A DNA stretch of 64,000 bases from positions 68,450,001-68,514,000 of the forward strand of contig NC_058368.1 of the NCBI RefSeq assembly GCF_018350175.1. Reading direction: 5' to 3'. Origin of the DNA: Felis catus. Taxonomy: Eukaryota. This document shows, piece after piece, positions 1-12,718 of this stretch. The notes beneath the pieces were generated by a model. It ran no database searches. It was not told where the DNA came from and was given only the letters and a program-made list of their open reading frames with translations. Every line of letters starts with the position of its first letter. The first letter of the stretch is position 1. The translations under genes were made by a program, and so were the position numbers.

Positions 1-65
1 TCCCTTTGTGAGCATCTCCTGGATCTGGCTCAGGTAGCCCATTTCTTCATAGTTACTCTTCCTTC

Positions 66-576
66 TGAGAGACTGAGTATAGAAATGGCCAGACCATAAT
101 ATAAAAATAAAACTCTGACCTACAGTCTGCAGCAACCAGCCCTTTATCTATGTGAAGCCGTCCAGAAGGCCAGTCAGAACACTATCTTTATCAGCAGCCC
201 AGGAAACCGAACAATAATCCCTGCAACAACTGGCCTCGAATGGCTAGGATTTCGATAAATAACTGCCAACTTCCCTAATTTTTGTTCTCACTTGCAACTT
301 GGGGCCAACCAGAGGAAGTCAGACGTGCACCCCTAACCCATCACACAGGACAGCCCACTTCTAGTTGGCCAGCCTCCTGCTTCCCCAGGCCAGCAGCCTC
401 CAATCAGGACACCCCTGGAGCCTTCCTCTTTCTCCTCTTCGAAGCTCTCCCATCCTCTGCCCGCCTTTGAGTCTCTGCCAAATGCAAGTGATGGTCAACG
501 ACTCGCTTGTTCCAGCAAGCTCTGGAATAAGTAGCCTCCGCTTTTCTCATTTGGTTGGTCTTCATTTATTTCCACA
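66..576 (+). mobile_element. Solo LTR, ERV1-like (family not assigned)
   Basis: TG...CA ends (tgagaga at 66; ttccaca at 576), near 4-bp TSD cttc/cttt, polyA-like gaataa near the 3' end, no PBS or internal sequence. Confidence 0.6.
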
Positions 577-734
577 CTTTTCTTTCTGTGCTCTGCCCCA
601 GCGCTTCTTAGGGCCTCTTTTTTAGCTTTCCTTCCATGTCAGGGTCACATGTTTGGAAACCCCCCAGGTTCGTTATGTAAGACCCTTTATTTCTTTTCCT
701 CCAAACCATCCCAGGCTATCCTACATTAATTGGT

Positions 735-1302
735 GTATTCGTTATCTATTGTGTAAGAAATTACCCTGGATTTTAGCAGCTTAACGTAATACCCGTTTAT
801 TATCTTACATTTGCTGTGGGTCAGGAATCTGGGCATGGCTGAGCTGGGTGTGCTGCCCTGAGCCCCTCACAAGGCTGAAGTCTAGGGCTCACCTGGGGTG
901 TAGTTATCTCAAGGCTCAACCCAGGAAGAGTCTGATTTCCAAGCTGTTTCAGTAGTAGTAGGCAGGCTTCAGTTGCTTGTGGACCAGTGGTCTCTAGACC
1001 TCAGTTTCTCCTGAGCTACTGGTCAGAGGCCACCCCTGGTTCTTGCTACATGAGCTTCCCCGGAGGGAAGCTCCCAGAATGGCAGCTGTCTTCATCAAAG
1101 TGAACAGGTAGGGTCAGAAAGTGCTGGCAAGATGGAAGTCACAGTCTTTAATGACCTAATGTCAGCAGTGACATCTCATCACTTTGGCCGTCTTTCGTTC
1201 GTTAGAAGCCCGTGCCTGTCCAGCCAACAACCAAAGCAAGAGATGACATAGTGGGCATGTAAGGGATTTCAAGGGCCACTCGGGGGATTTCTGAAGATCC
1301 CT
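735..1302 (-). mobile_element. MLT1-type MaLR LTR
   Basis: tgtattcgttatctattg...ttagcagcttaa...tgtgggtcaggaatctgggcatggct matches the antisense MLT1 3' end. Confidence 0.75.
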
Positions 1303-1314
1303 GTTACATGCTTC

Positions 1315-1565
1315 TTTTTTTTTTAATTAAAAAAATATTTTTAATGTTTACTCATTTCTGAAGGAGAGAGAGACAGTGCAGGTGGGAGGGGGACAGGGAG
1401 GGAGATGCATAATCTGAGGCAGTCTCCAGGCTCTGACAGTCGGCACAGAGGCTGACACAGGACTTGAACCCATAAAACCATGAGATCATGACCTGAGCCG
1501 AAGTCAGATGTCCAACTGACTGAGCCACTCAGGCATCTTCCCCCCACCCCTGCCCCCACTGCCCC
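1315..1565 (-). mobile_element. CAN-SINE (felid type)
   Basis: Poly-T, (GA)n, gagatcatgacctgagccgaagtc; TSD gttacatgcttc (1303-1314) / gttatatgcttc (1566-1577). Confidence 0.92.
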
Positions 1566-1593
1566 GTTATATGCTTCAAAAATGCAAAAGCAG

Positions 1594-1789
1594 AGTACCT
1601 GGGTAGCTCAGCTGGTTAAACATCTGACTCGATCTCAGCTCAGGTCATGATCTCATGCTTCTTGAAGTCAAGCCCCACATCTGACTCTACACCAACTACC
1701 TGGAGCCTGCTAGGGATTCTCTCTCTCCCTCCCTCTCTCTCTGCCTCTCTCTCTCTCTCTCTCTTGCAAAATAAATAAATAAACGTATG
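1594..1789 (+). mobile_element. CAN-SINE
   Basis: cctgggtagctcag...ctcaggtcatgatctc...(CT)n...aaataaataaa; TSD aaaatgcaaaagcag / aaaatgcaaagacag. Confidence 0.92.
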
Positions 1790-2519
1790 AAAATGCAAAG
1801 ACAGTTTATAAATGTGCTTATGCAGTTATGCAAAGACAAAACTCACAAGGAATGCAGTCTGCTTGTGGAGGCTGGCCAATCCAAGCCGGCTGGGGAATTT
1901 CTCACAGCCCACACTATACTCCTCCACCCACCCCAACACTCATGCTCATCCTACTGGACTATTTGTATCTCCAAGTATTTCCCAAGCCCTCCTGTGCTTA
2001 AATTTAGAGATGAGCACTATATATTGTAAAAATCATTATCCTTGGCAAAATCTAGAAGGCTTACTTTAAAGTTAGCATCAATATCTAAAATCACTAGCTG
2101 TTTCCACAACTTCCTGGCCATGATCTCCTTCCCAAGTGGCAGAGCTAAATTGCCTGTGGCCTTCTAAGGATCATTGATCCAAAGATCGGAGACATCTCAA
2201 GATCAACAAGCCAAAGCCAAAGTCATCCTCTCTCCTGCCATGAGTCTGACTGCTACTCTGTGCCTCCATCATGCACCAGTCACACTAAACCCATTGAATT
2301 TGTCACCTAATTCTGCACTTGTTCTTCCAAAACTTCTCTCACCACGGTTCCTTCTTTGGAACTCACAGACCCAGTCTTGTTCAAACATCCTTACCTCTTG
2401 CCTGGCTTGTTATAATAGCCTTCCGCCTATTCTCTAGGTGAAAACCAGAAAGATTTCACAAAGCAGAGATCAGGTAATGTTGTCGCAAATGGTTTCCAGA
2501 ATGAGACCAAGATCCTCAG

Positions 2520-3730
2520 CTTCCTTCTGTCTTTCATGCTCTATATCCACCCTTCTAACAATTCAAAAGACATCAAGAATTCTACCATTTTATACCACCT
2601 CCAGTGCTTCCCCCAGGGCCCAAGCTGTCATCAGCTCACACTCGGATCATTGCAGTAGTCTCCTCTCTGCTTTGCACTTAACCCTGCATGCTGTTTTCAT
2701 CATGGGCGCAGAGTGATACATCTTTGAAGAGAATCAGATCACGTCACACCTCTACTTAAAACCCTCCAGTGGTTTTCCTTCTCATTCAAAAAAGCCAAAA
2801 ACCCATAAGATATCCTAGAGAGCCCTTCGTAATCAGGTCCCCCTTCTCTCTGCCTATTGTTGTTGCTGGGCAGACTGGGGAGGTCCCCAACCTTAAGACC
2901 TCCAGTCAGCCCATCTCTGGGATGTCACTGGAGGCTCTTGGTCTCGCAGCAAGAAAGAATTTAAGAATAGACCAGATAACGATGGTTGAGTGAGCACAAG
3001 CAAGAAAGTTTATTAAAGTGAGTGCACTCTTGAGATATTAGAGCAGGTGAGCTCAAGGGAGGGTTTTTTACCTAAGGTTTGGGTCTCTATCTTTTATTGA
3101 CAGATGTTAGCCAGGGGGGTGCAGTGCTTATTACTGGGGAGGGGATTTGGGGGCATCAGGGTTTCACACCTTTTCTCCCTTACTTGGTCAGTGTCTCCAG
3201 CCTTCTTTGTCTTGGCCTGTCTGGTTTGATCCGGCTTCTTGTGGCTATGTTTTGGGAGAGCTGCTGGAACAGGCCTCTGACTTACCTGATAGCTCACCCT
3301 GACTGCAAACGTCCTATTGAGACCTCACTAACTGTCCCCTCCAACACTGTCACCCTGTTAACCTCATCTCCTAACACTCTCTCCTGTCTCCCCCCAGTCC
3401 CGCCATGCTGGCCTCCTTTCTATATCTCAGAGGCCCCAGGCAAACTCTATGCTCAAGGCTTTTCCGTTTGCTTCCCCCTCTAATGTAAACACTCTGTCCC
3501 CCACTTGGTTCCCACATTTGCCTTCTTCAGAGCCAGGATCAGATGTCCCCTTATGAGCAAAGCCTCGTCCAGGCAGAACTGCTGTTCTTTTGACCTTCTC
3601 CTCCCACTGGAGTGTTAACTAACGAGGAAAGGCATTTTGAAAAATTAGTTTGTAACTGATAAGTCACCGGAGCTTAAAACACTGTCTGGCAGCCAACAGG
3701 TACCCAATACATATTTGTTGAATGAATGAG
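2520..3730 (+). mobile_element. L2 LINE 3' fragment, split by an LTR
   Basis: gatcacgtcacacctctacttaaaaccctccagtgg and tail caatacatatttgttgaatgaatga are typical L2 3' motifs. Confidence 0.7.
2861..3346 (-). mobile_element. ERV1-like solo LTR (carnivore type) inserted in L2
   Basis: tgttg...ccaaca ends, tttatt (AATAAA on the minus strand) near 3009, TSD ttgt/ctgt. Confidence 0.7.
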
Positions 3731-4243
3731 CAAGACATACAAGGGCACTAAAAGAAACCCTTAGCCACCACCTCTTATCACACCTTGTCACAGACTTACA
3801 CTGTATCACTTGCCTTTACTTCAGAGTCCTGATTAAAATATATGTGTAAACATACATGTACATATATATATATTCCTTTGCTTATGTTACTGGTTTTTTT
3901 TTTCTGTAATGCACTCCCAGTGGACAAACTCCTATCCATCCTTCAAAACCCAGCTCATAGGTCTTCTCTTGCTGTACATTTCCCCTCTCTTCCTTTCAGC
4001 TATATTTACCTGCTCCCTTGTCTCCTCCATCAGAATGCTTTGTACATACCTCTATCACATTATTATCTCATGCTCTTAATTGTTGTTTAGCTGTCTGTCT
4101 CTCCTGGTTTCTTGATCTTTGTGACTACTGTAGCACCCAACCCGAGAGCTAAGGCTTTCTGTAGAGTAGGCCTGCATTAAACATTTGTTTTATACTCCAT
4201 GACATTGAGTAGGGGGAGAAAGGGATTGGAGAGGCTGTTTCTT

Positions 4244-4468
4244 TTTTTGTTTGTTTGTTTATTTTTGAGAGACAGAGAGAGACAGAGACAGAGAGACAGA
4301 GCGTGAGTGGGGGAGGGGCAGAGAGCGAGGGTGACAAAGAATCCTAAGCAGGCTCTGGGCTCTGAGCTGTCAGCACAGACCCCGATGTGGGGCTCTAACT
4401 CACAGACTGCGAGCTCATGACCTGAGCCAGTGTCAGATGCTTAACCGACTGAGCCACCCAGGCACCCC
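4244..4468 (-). mobile_element. CAN-SINE (felid type)
   Basis: Consensus body; 15-bp TSD gagaggctgtttctt / gagaggctgttcctt. Confidence 0.95.
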
Positions 4469-4569
4469 GAGAGGCTGTTCCTTATACTCTGAGTTTATCT
4501 GATAGAACCTAACACAGTGCTAGGCACAATAGGCTTCAGAAGTACTTAGAAAAAGAAACAAAACTAATC

Positions 4570-4750
4570 CAGTGTTTCCCAAACTTGCCTACTTATAAAA
4601 AATCACCTGGAAACTTGTTCAAAACGCACACTCCTAGGATCCATCCCAGACCTGCCAAATCAGAATCTCCAGGGGAGAATCCAGAAAACCTGTATCATTT
4701 ACAAGTAGCACCTGTGGGAGTCCTATTCGGAAACCTCGGATAAGACCACT
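4570..4750. mobile_element. MER5-type hAT-Charlie MITE
   Basis: cagtgtttcccaaac...accactg TIRs and aatcagaatctc core. Confidence 0.7.
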
Positions 4751-4989
4751 GCCACTCAGGAGCTAAATGCTTGTACGGACCAACTTATGTTCTGTTGCTT
4801 TAGATATTTGCTTTAGATATTGGGATGGATACATATGGGTGAAATGCTTTCCTTAACGACATTTAATCTTGATTCCTCCCTTAAAAATTCTAGACCACTG
4901 CTCTGAGCTGGTTGGGGCTGAAACACAGAGGAGCCAAGAACCACAGGTTTTCCTTAATGTTTTCTCATGGATTCGGGATCTAACTTTCA

Positions 4990-5110
4990 GAGACTCGTCT
5001 TCTGTTGGCCTCAATTCACCCATCTGTAAAATGAATATGATGCCACCTCCTCACAAGGGTATTGGAAGGTTTAATTATATTTTGAAATTCTTTGCATCTG
5101 TCAAAGAGTA
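4990..5110 (+). mobile_element. MIR fragment
   Basis: ggcctcaattcacccatctgtaaaatg MIR core. Confidence 0.6.
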
Positions 5111-6344
5111 AAGATGTGCGAGGTCTAATTACCAGCAGTGAGCTAGTATTCCTGGGTTATCCTGCTGTTAATGTCATGTCTGCATTTAAATTCACAGAAT
5201 AAAGACCCCCTTGGCTTTCATTTTAAATAGCTCCCTTTTCTTCTGGCTTTCCCACATGTGCTGGGGCCCTACCTTGGAGCCCCTCTCAGGCCAAGGGGTC
5301 TCAGCCGTGGCATTTCTTGGTCTATCGCTCGTTGAGTTTCTTGTGGGTCAGCACAAGTACCAGCCCTCCGCCAGGCCGAGCTCTGATCCGCCCGCTGACA
5401 TCTGGGCAAGCTCTCCCAGCCTGTTGCCTCACTTGCAAAATGGAGCACTATTAACCTCAAAGGGTTCTAAGTAAGGATAAGAGAATGGGAACCGGGTTCA
5501 TGGTAATTGAATGATAAGAGACCAAAGATGGAGTAGTGAGAGGAAGAGTTTGGCTGCCGAGGATCCCCCTGCAGCACGGGGGCTGGGTTTCCAGGAATGA
5601 CATGTCCAGGAGGAGAAATTCGGTGAGTCCTTGAAAGCCGAACGACCCCAAAGTGCCTCTTCCCATATCGAGAAAGCCAAGTCCCTGCTTGCTGCTGACG
5701 GGGTAGGGTTACCTGGGCACCTCACTTAGGAAGCAGGGGGTGGCTGGAAGTGGTCTGGGGTGCGGGACTTCACTCTGGTGCCCCTGTGAGCTGCTTGAGT
5801 CAGGACTTGCCTCCCCATGACTAGATGACCAGCTTGGGGCTTACTGATCTTATGATGCTGAACATTCATAATAGTGTCCAACATAACAAAGCATCTACCT
5901 TGTGTCTTTTCACCCTCCTCCCAGGCAGCCCTTGTAGTCCCTGTCTCATCCTATATGACTACCCTGACCGGCCCATACCCCTGAGGGCTATGAGCAATAT
6001 AACTCCATTTTCAGGAGTCAGTATTATGCCTCTCCCTTCAAGGTGCAAGGCCCGCCCAAACAGAGAAATTTACCAAGCTAATGGCCTAATGGGTAAAGAT
6101 GCTTCTATGGCCTTCTGTATGAGATGTTGTCGCTCTCAGTGGCTTTCCAGAATGAATTTGCAAGCTAACTGGTAGACTTGGGGATAAAGAGAGGAAGGAG
6201 ATGTTTCAGGACGGGCCATATTTTGGCAGCTTTTCAACCATACCTCCTGGGGAACAGCACATCTTCCCTTTACTGTAATAGTGGGATGCTTGCGTTCGTC
6301 AGGATTCTCCAGGGAAACAGATCCTGTAGGGAACTCTATCTGTG

Positions 6345-6419
6345 GATAGATATAGACAGATAGATAGATAGAGATAGAGATAGATAATAGATGATAGATA
6401 GATAGATAGATAGATAGAT
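6345..6419. repeat. (GATA)n microsatellite inside MLT2
   Basis: Imperfect gatagata array. Confidence 0.95.
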
Positions 6420-6599
6420 CTGGCAAAGAATTGGCTCATGTGATTTGGGGCTGGCTAGCTAGTCAGCCATTTGTAGGCCAGGTGGGCAGGCTGGAAACAG
6501 GTAAGAATTGATGTTGCAGTCTTGAGTCCACAATCTGCAAGGCAGCAGGCTAGAAACTCAGGCAGGGTTTCTATGTTGTAACTTAGAATTTCTTCTTCT

Positions 6600-7370
6600 T
6601 CTATTTCTATAATAACAACTGTATGTTTGGCTTTAGACCATTCCTGGTACACAACTCCTAAAACCCTCGGAATTTCGGAAACAATGAAAGCATAAAGGTG
6701 TCTTTTGTTATGTTAATGACACAACTTTTGAATGCTCCTAGGTCAACTAAGGATTAGGGCTTGTCACCTGACAACCCTGTGGTTGGAGGATTGGAACTTT
6801 AGGTCCCACCTCCTGACTGCTGGGGAGGGGAGAGGGGCTGGAGATTGAGTTCAATCACCAATGGCCAATGAGTTAATCAATCATGCCTGTGTAATGACAC
6901 TTCCATAAACACAGAAGAGGACAGGGTCTGGAAAGGCCGGGGTTGGTGGAGACGTGGGGCTTTGGAAACAGTAGTGTGCTCAGAGACAGCATGGAAATTC
7001 TCCCAGCTTTCCCCCTACCCTGTCCAATGTGTCTCCTCCATCTGGCTATTCCTGATTTAAGTCTTTTTATCATAAACCAGTAATCTAGTAAGTAAGATGT
7101 TTCTCGGAGTTCTGTGAGCCTCTCTAGCAAATTAATTCAAGGAGGGGGGATCATGAGAACCTCCAACCTATAGCTTGTAAGTCAGAAACACAGGTTTGCA
7201 TCTGGAAGTGTTGTGGGGGGGGGGCGGGGGGTGCAGGGGGAACGATTCCCTAACCTATGGGACCTAATTTTATCTCCAGGTACTTAGTGTCAGAATTGAG
7301 AATTGAGTTGAACTGTTGGCGTCACAGAATGGCTTTGGAGAACTCACACATTAGAATTGGTGTCAGAATT
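6600..7370 (+). mobile_element. MER21-type LTR nested in MLT2
   Basis: cctaaaaccctcggaatttc, gggaggggagaggggctggagattgagttcaatcaccaatggccaatga, gagttctgtgagcc. Confidence 0.8.
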
Positions 7371-8450
7371 GAATCTACTGATTTAAATGTTAACCACAGC
7401 TAAAAAAAATAACCTTCATAGCAATACCTAGATTGGTCTTGGACCAAACAGCTGGGCACCACAACCTACCCAAGTAGATATAAATTCGCTCATCACCACG
7501 CTCAGTTCTGTTCTTCTGCATCCATCCCGCAGGGGTAAAAGTCCATTGTTTCCCCTTCTTCCTCTGAGCTGTGGAACCTCGGCTTCTGATAAGATAGAGT
7601 CTGATAGCAAGAGCAGGTATACAAACAGATGGAGGAGGCAATGAGGGGCAATTTAGCATTTAAGCAAAACTACTGTTATTTCCAAAGTTATTCCAAGTCA
7701 TTTTTTAAAACATGAGCTTTTTTCCTTTTCCCTTTTTTTTTTTTTTTTCTAATTCTCAAATCCAGATGAAACGTGGGCAAACTTTGGCACACGGTGAAAG
7801 TAACGTTTGCTAAGCAGCTAGCCCAACTCCTTGATAGGTAATGGCACCACCACGCCTGGAGAAGAACAATTCTCTTATCTTCTCAGACCAGCTGGCTCCT
7901 GATGTTCTCCAGGCAATAGATCAGAGAGAATTATCTCCAGCCAGCTCTCAGCTTCCAACCAGCAACCCAAGGGCCTTCCTCCCTCCCCGTTGCCTTGCTA
8001 ATTCTGCTCCCTCCACAGCCAGTTTCCGAGATGGGTAGTGTGGAAATCCTTGCTGTTGTGAGTGGCTATGGGTGTTCAGCCCCATTTTGCAGATGGAAAT
8101 ATGAAGCATGGTGATGAGTTGCTCTGTGCTGACAGAACCAAAAACAGCAGCTACAATAGCTGGTCTCCCCAGCTGATCAGTGCCTCAGGCCAAGCTGCTA
8201 AACTGTCTCAGGGCCAAAGTCCATTCCAGTTCTTAGCCATCCACACAAAAACCAGCAGTTAACTACTGGGCTTGTATCACTTGACTACTTTCTGGCCGTC
8301 TGGGTGTAAATGGCCGATGGTGATGGTGATGATACCACTTACTGACCTAATCGCTTTGGAAGCTATGTGTGCAAGTTAAGTTCATCCATTAGGAAAATTA
8401 AGGCTGATTTACCTGATTTGGAATTTGCCACATTAAAAAATTTGTTTCAC

Positions 8451-8660
8451 GGGGCACCTGGGTGACTCAGTCGGTTAAGCGTCCGAATCTTGGTTTCAGC
8501 TCAGGTCATGATCTCATGGCTCGTGAGTTTGAGCCCCACATCAGGCTCCCTGCTCTCACTACAGAGGCTGCTTGGAATTCTTTCTCTCTGTCCCTCCCCT
8601 ACTCTCTTGCGCTCTCTCTCTCTCTCAAAAGTGAATAAACATTAAACAAAAGACTATAAA
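8451..8660 (+). mobile_element. CAN-SINE
   Basis: ggggcacctgggtgactcagtcggttaagcgtccg...(CT)n...aataaa. Confidence 0.93.
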
Positions 8661-9409
8661 ATTTTTTTTTGATACAATCTTTGACTTCAGACTTGAAGGA
8701 TGTTGAAGCTAGAGTGTGACATCACTATTAATGCTGGTGACCCATACTATCACGCGCCGGCTTCGTTATATGGAAAATACCTGACCCCAAAGAGAAGGTA
8801 GGAAATACAGACTTTCACAGAAATTTGTTCCCTGATTGGATATAAAGAATGCAAAATTTGGGAAACCTATGCAAATAAAGAATAAACAAGGTAGAAATGA
8901 CAATCAGAAGCATGCTCTAGGATCTGTCCTAGGTACTGTCATGTCTAGTCTGTTAGGAAACTGACCGCCATCTTGTGCCTTTTCTCACAGAAAGACTTCT
9001 TTTGTAACTCTCATTTATTGTAGGAGTTTTCCCTGTGAAAACACTCATTCAACTTCTTTTGAGAGTTCCCATAGGAAAATAGATTTCCTTTTACCAAAGA
9101 AATTGCTTTAGAGTTATCTTTACTGGAATGCATGTATTCTGTTAAGTGATAGATACTGAGATATCTTGGTGGGCTCAGAAATTAATTTCCTTTATGTTTC
9201 ATGGCTTTGAACACTGGTTCCCACTGTTGACTATTACTCATATATCACTCCCTGCAATTACAAACCCTGCTTGAAAAAAACTAGCTGGAGAAAACATAAA
9301 AGTAGATCAATCATAATATTTATACCTCCTAGGAAGGAACCCATTCCGTTTTCCTGGCCTACAAATACAGTATTAAATTAACTTTCCTTTAATTTATCAA
9401 ATGCAAGGC

Positions 9410-9536
9410 ATTTATTCATTTATGCATCCAATGAATATTTATTGAGTGCCTACTACATATCAGACACTATTGAAGTGGCCTGGGAGCAGCAAGTCTTAAA
9501 GTCAAATATCCTTGTCTTCATGGAACTTACATTCTA
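9410..9536 (-). mobile_element. L2 3' end
   Basis: tatttattgagtgcctacta...gtcttcatggaacttacattcta. Confidence 0.7.
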
Positions 9537-9585
9537 ACACACACACACACACACACGCACACACACGCACACACAAACACACACA
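9537..9585. repeat. (CA)n microsatellite
   Basis: Interrupted CA array. Confidence 0.95.
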
Positions 9586-9999
9586 TGCTCAATTCACTTA
9601 GATGTGAATAGATTATAAACAAATGTTAAGACTTGAGGGGTTAAATTATTTAGCACATTTATTTGTTAACTTCCATAGCATAAATAATTTTAAGTAGAAT
9701 TTTTTAGTGTTTTTTTTTTATGGTTAGTGTTTTTTTATGTCCTGCTTAAAAATTATTTTTGCCTTAACCATAGTCCTAAAGAGATTTTTTCATTTTCCTC
9801 CAGAAGATTTATTGTGTCAACTTTATTATTTATACCCACAATACCTGGAATTAATTTTTGTATATAATATCGGTATAATATCAGGTCAAGATTCATTTTT
9901 TCCCCACTTGGATATTTTGCACTGATAACTTTTGAGGAAAATTAAATAGATAAGTAGGATAGGCAGCAGAAAGCATTAATATTTAAAAACAAAACTAAC

Positions 10000-10220
10000 A
10001 AACACTTTACCACTTAGTAGGCGCAAATACTGCCCTCTACATTTTATGTATGTCACTTGTTTTATGTACTACACTTACTATTACTATGATCCCTATATTA
10101 TAGATTAAGAAACTGAGGCTCAGAAAAGTCAAACATTTTGTCTGAAGCCACACAGCTAATAAGTGGCAAACATTTGAGCACAGGCATTCTGGCTTTAGAA
10201 CCGGTTCCCCTAACCACAAG
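10000..10220 (-). mobile_element. MIR
   Basis: atagattaagaaactgaggctcaga...cacacagctaataagtggc. Confidence 0.75.
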
Positions 10221-12380
10221 GCAGTATCACCTCTTAATAAATCTGACATTGTTTGCAGTTGGTGATACAAGTGGAGTTAAAATGGCTAAATTTGGACATC
10301 TTACTTACATGCTGCAAATTACATGACTGTAGAGAAATCGAGTAATAAAGGAACAGTGCAGAATTGCAAGATATAAGCTGTCTTGTCCTCCCACCATCCT
10401 TTCTTTTTGCTCTGATTTTGGTGCCTCTCGCTTACATTTTAGGCAGACAGAACTGTTCTGGGGGACAGGTTTTTCTCAAATTTTAAGCAGTGTGCCCGGT
10501 CTTCATTTTCAGTACACTGGGCATTCTAAAATGAAGCATTCATGTCCCCTTTCCCATTATATCCCCCTCCTTCAGCAGTGGCCGCGATTCAACCAGGAGG
10601 AGGAGAGTCATTTCCATCTCAACTTTCTTTTGTTTCTGTGGCTTGAAGCCAGCCCTTTAAAATCAATTTCGCTTGCCCTTGACTCCAGTCGTTGAATTTC
10701 TATTTGATTTCTTTTTCTTATTATTTCTTTCCTTTATTTAAATCCTGGCTTCCGTCCAAGACAGGAGGAGAAATGGGCCCAAACCTTCCAATACCGATCC
10801 ACCAGCAGGCTGTAAGGTGATCAAAGCCTCCCGCACACTGACCGGGGGCCTGCAGTGACTGCTGCCCATGGGCTTGGTGCGGGGCTGCTGTTCCTTCCCT
10901 CTGTCACAGCACACAGCCACACAGCACACAGCCAGTAAGCGGAGAGAGGTGGCCAAGGAGTAGTGTGTGGTTTGGGGCTTTTAGAGGGAGTGCATCCCCT
11001 TTAGATGGAATCCACAGACAAACCTGTTAAGAGAAGTACAGTGGGTCCTTCACAAGCAATTAATTAGCCCGCCTCCTATCAAAGCGAGGCAAATGTTTGA
11101 GGCGGCCATACTGTAATACAACACTAATTACGCTCCCAATCCAGTAGCCCATATGACTAAATGGTTTATAAATAGAACTTTAGATGTGGAAAACAGAAGG
11201 GCAAAGCATAAGTCATGACTGACTGAGTTCGATTTAATTAAAAGTCATTTGAGGTGGTGTTGGGGGAGTTGGCTTCGCTGGGGCACCTAGGGAGAGCACT
11301 GTTAGTACTCGCTTTGAAGCATAAACTTCAGAATGCAATTGTGCTGCTGGAAAAATTCCCTGAACTAAGTGGCGGGGGCTGGGGGAAGCCATTGCAGACT
11401 TCCAGGAACCACCTGTATCCTGAGGGGGAAAGGCAAAACCCATCACAAACTTTTCAGAAAAAAAACATCAGGAATTTTCAACTTTTTTTAGTTTAGTCAT
11501 AGATTGGAAGGTATGTCAAGACCCGTGGCTTTCTGCGGTTCCTGGGCTCCCGCTACTTTAAACCCCTTGGGGAAGGAAGGCCCGTTGGAAGTATCATGGA
11601 TTCTGTGTTGACTCAGCCTCTCGGCACTCATATGACCTTGACAAGGTCATTCACCACTCTTTCCCAGGCTTAGAGGCTTCACAAGGGCAGGGGCATATCT
11701 TGGGAAACGTGATCACTGGCAGTGGCTACTCCGATTTTCATTTAGTGAGAGAGGGAGTGAAGGAAAAATGAAGAGATACTATTACATGATACCTAAGCTG
11801 CCTTTTGGTCTTAATGTTCTGTGTTTCCACATTCAAAACTATTTTACAATGACCAGTGCAGCAACAGGCTAACTTTGGTCATACACTCAAGCCAGTGATT
11901 TGATTAGCCCCTGCATGCTTCAAGAATTACCACTACATGGTGGTAACGATATGACTGACTCTATGTTGATTTTACTATCCTTTCAAAATTGTGGAGTAAC
12001 AATGAACCCACTTACCCAGCAGCTCCCTCTGCCCCACGTCTCCCACCAGGCCCTCTACCTTCTTCTTATCTTTTCTTACCAATGTCACAAACGTGAGTAA
12101 AGTTAGTTTTTCCCCTCACGGCTTTCCTAAGAAAAGCCAACCAGATTAAGTAAGAGGAGGGCACACAATGAAATGATTTCCAGTGGTCTGAACCTGTAAA
12201 CTCCAAAGCAAGCATTCAGTGAAAGCAATCAAAGAACATACTGGCAAGACACACACGTAGTACGGCTCCTCTCCAGGGGGTTAGCGCAAAGGACACACTG
12301 TAGAGTCTTGGGAAGTTCTTAGAACCAAAGTATGCCATGGGGGGCAGCGGCAGCCCAGCAGTGCCGGCGAAATGTGGATC

Positions 12381-12718
12381 CAGTTGGTGCTCCAAAATGT
12401 GGGGGTGGGGCACTGACCTCCTGCGTAGTCACAACCCCAAGTGTAACTGTGACTCTCCAAAAACTTAACTACTAGCGGTCTACTGTTGACCGGAAGCCCT
12501 ACTGATAACATGAACAGGTGGTGAACACACATGTTGTGTGTCATATGGATTATATACTGTATTCTTACCATAAAGTCAGCTGGAGAAAAGGAAATGTTAT
12601 TAAGAAAAATCGTAAGGAAGAGAAAATACGTTTATGGTCGTGTCCTGTGTATACTGGAAAACATCTACATAAAAGGGGACCCACGCACTTTAAACCTGTT
12701 CTGTTCAAGGGTCAACTA
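12381..12718. mobile_element. Tigger2a/MER8-type TcMar DNA transposon
   Basis: cagttg left end, gttcaagggtcaacta right TIR followed by TA; internal aaaacttaactact...ctactgttgaccggaagcc. Confidence 0.85.

Larger units (their letters stand above)
6288..7498 (-). mobile_element. MLT2 (ERVL) LTR interrupted by MER21
   Basis: ggattctccagggaaacaga...gaattggctcatgtgat at left; aatctactgatttaaatgttaa...ctgggcacc...catcacca at right. Confidence 0.8.

Noticed and set aside
8111..8176. GTGATGA...CTGA...CTGA
   Set aside because: Overlaps a MIR-like fragment and has a weak terminal stem.
8965..8975. YY1 consensus CCGCCATCTTG
   Set aside because: Isolated motif with no promoter context.
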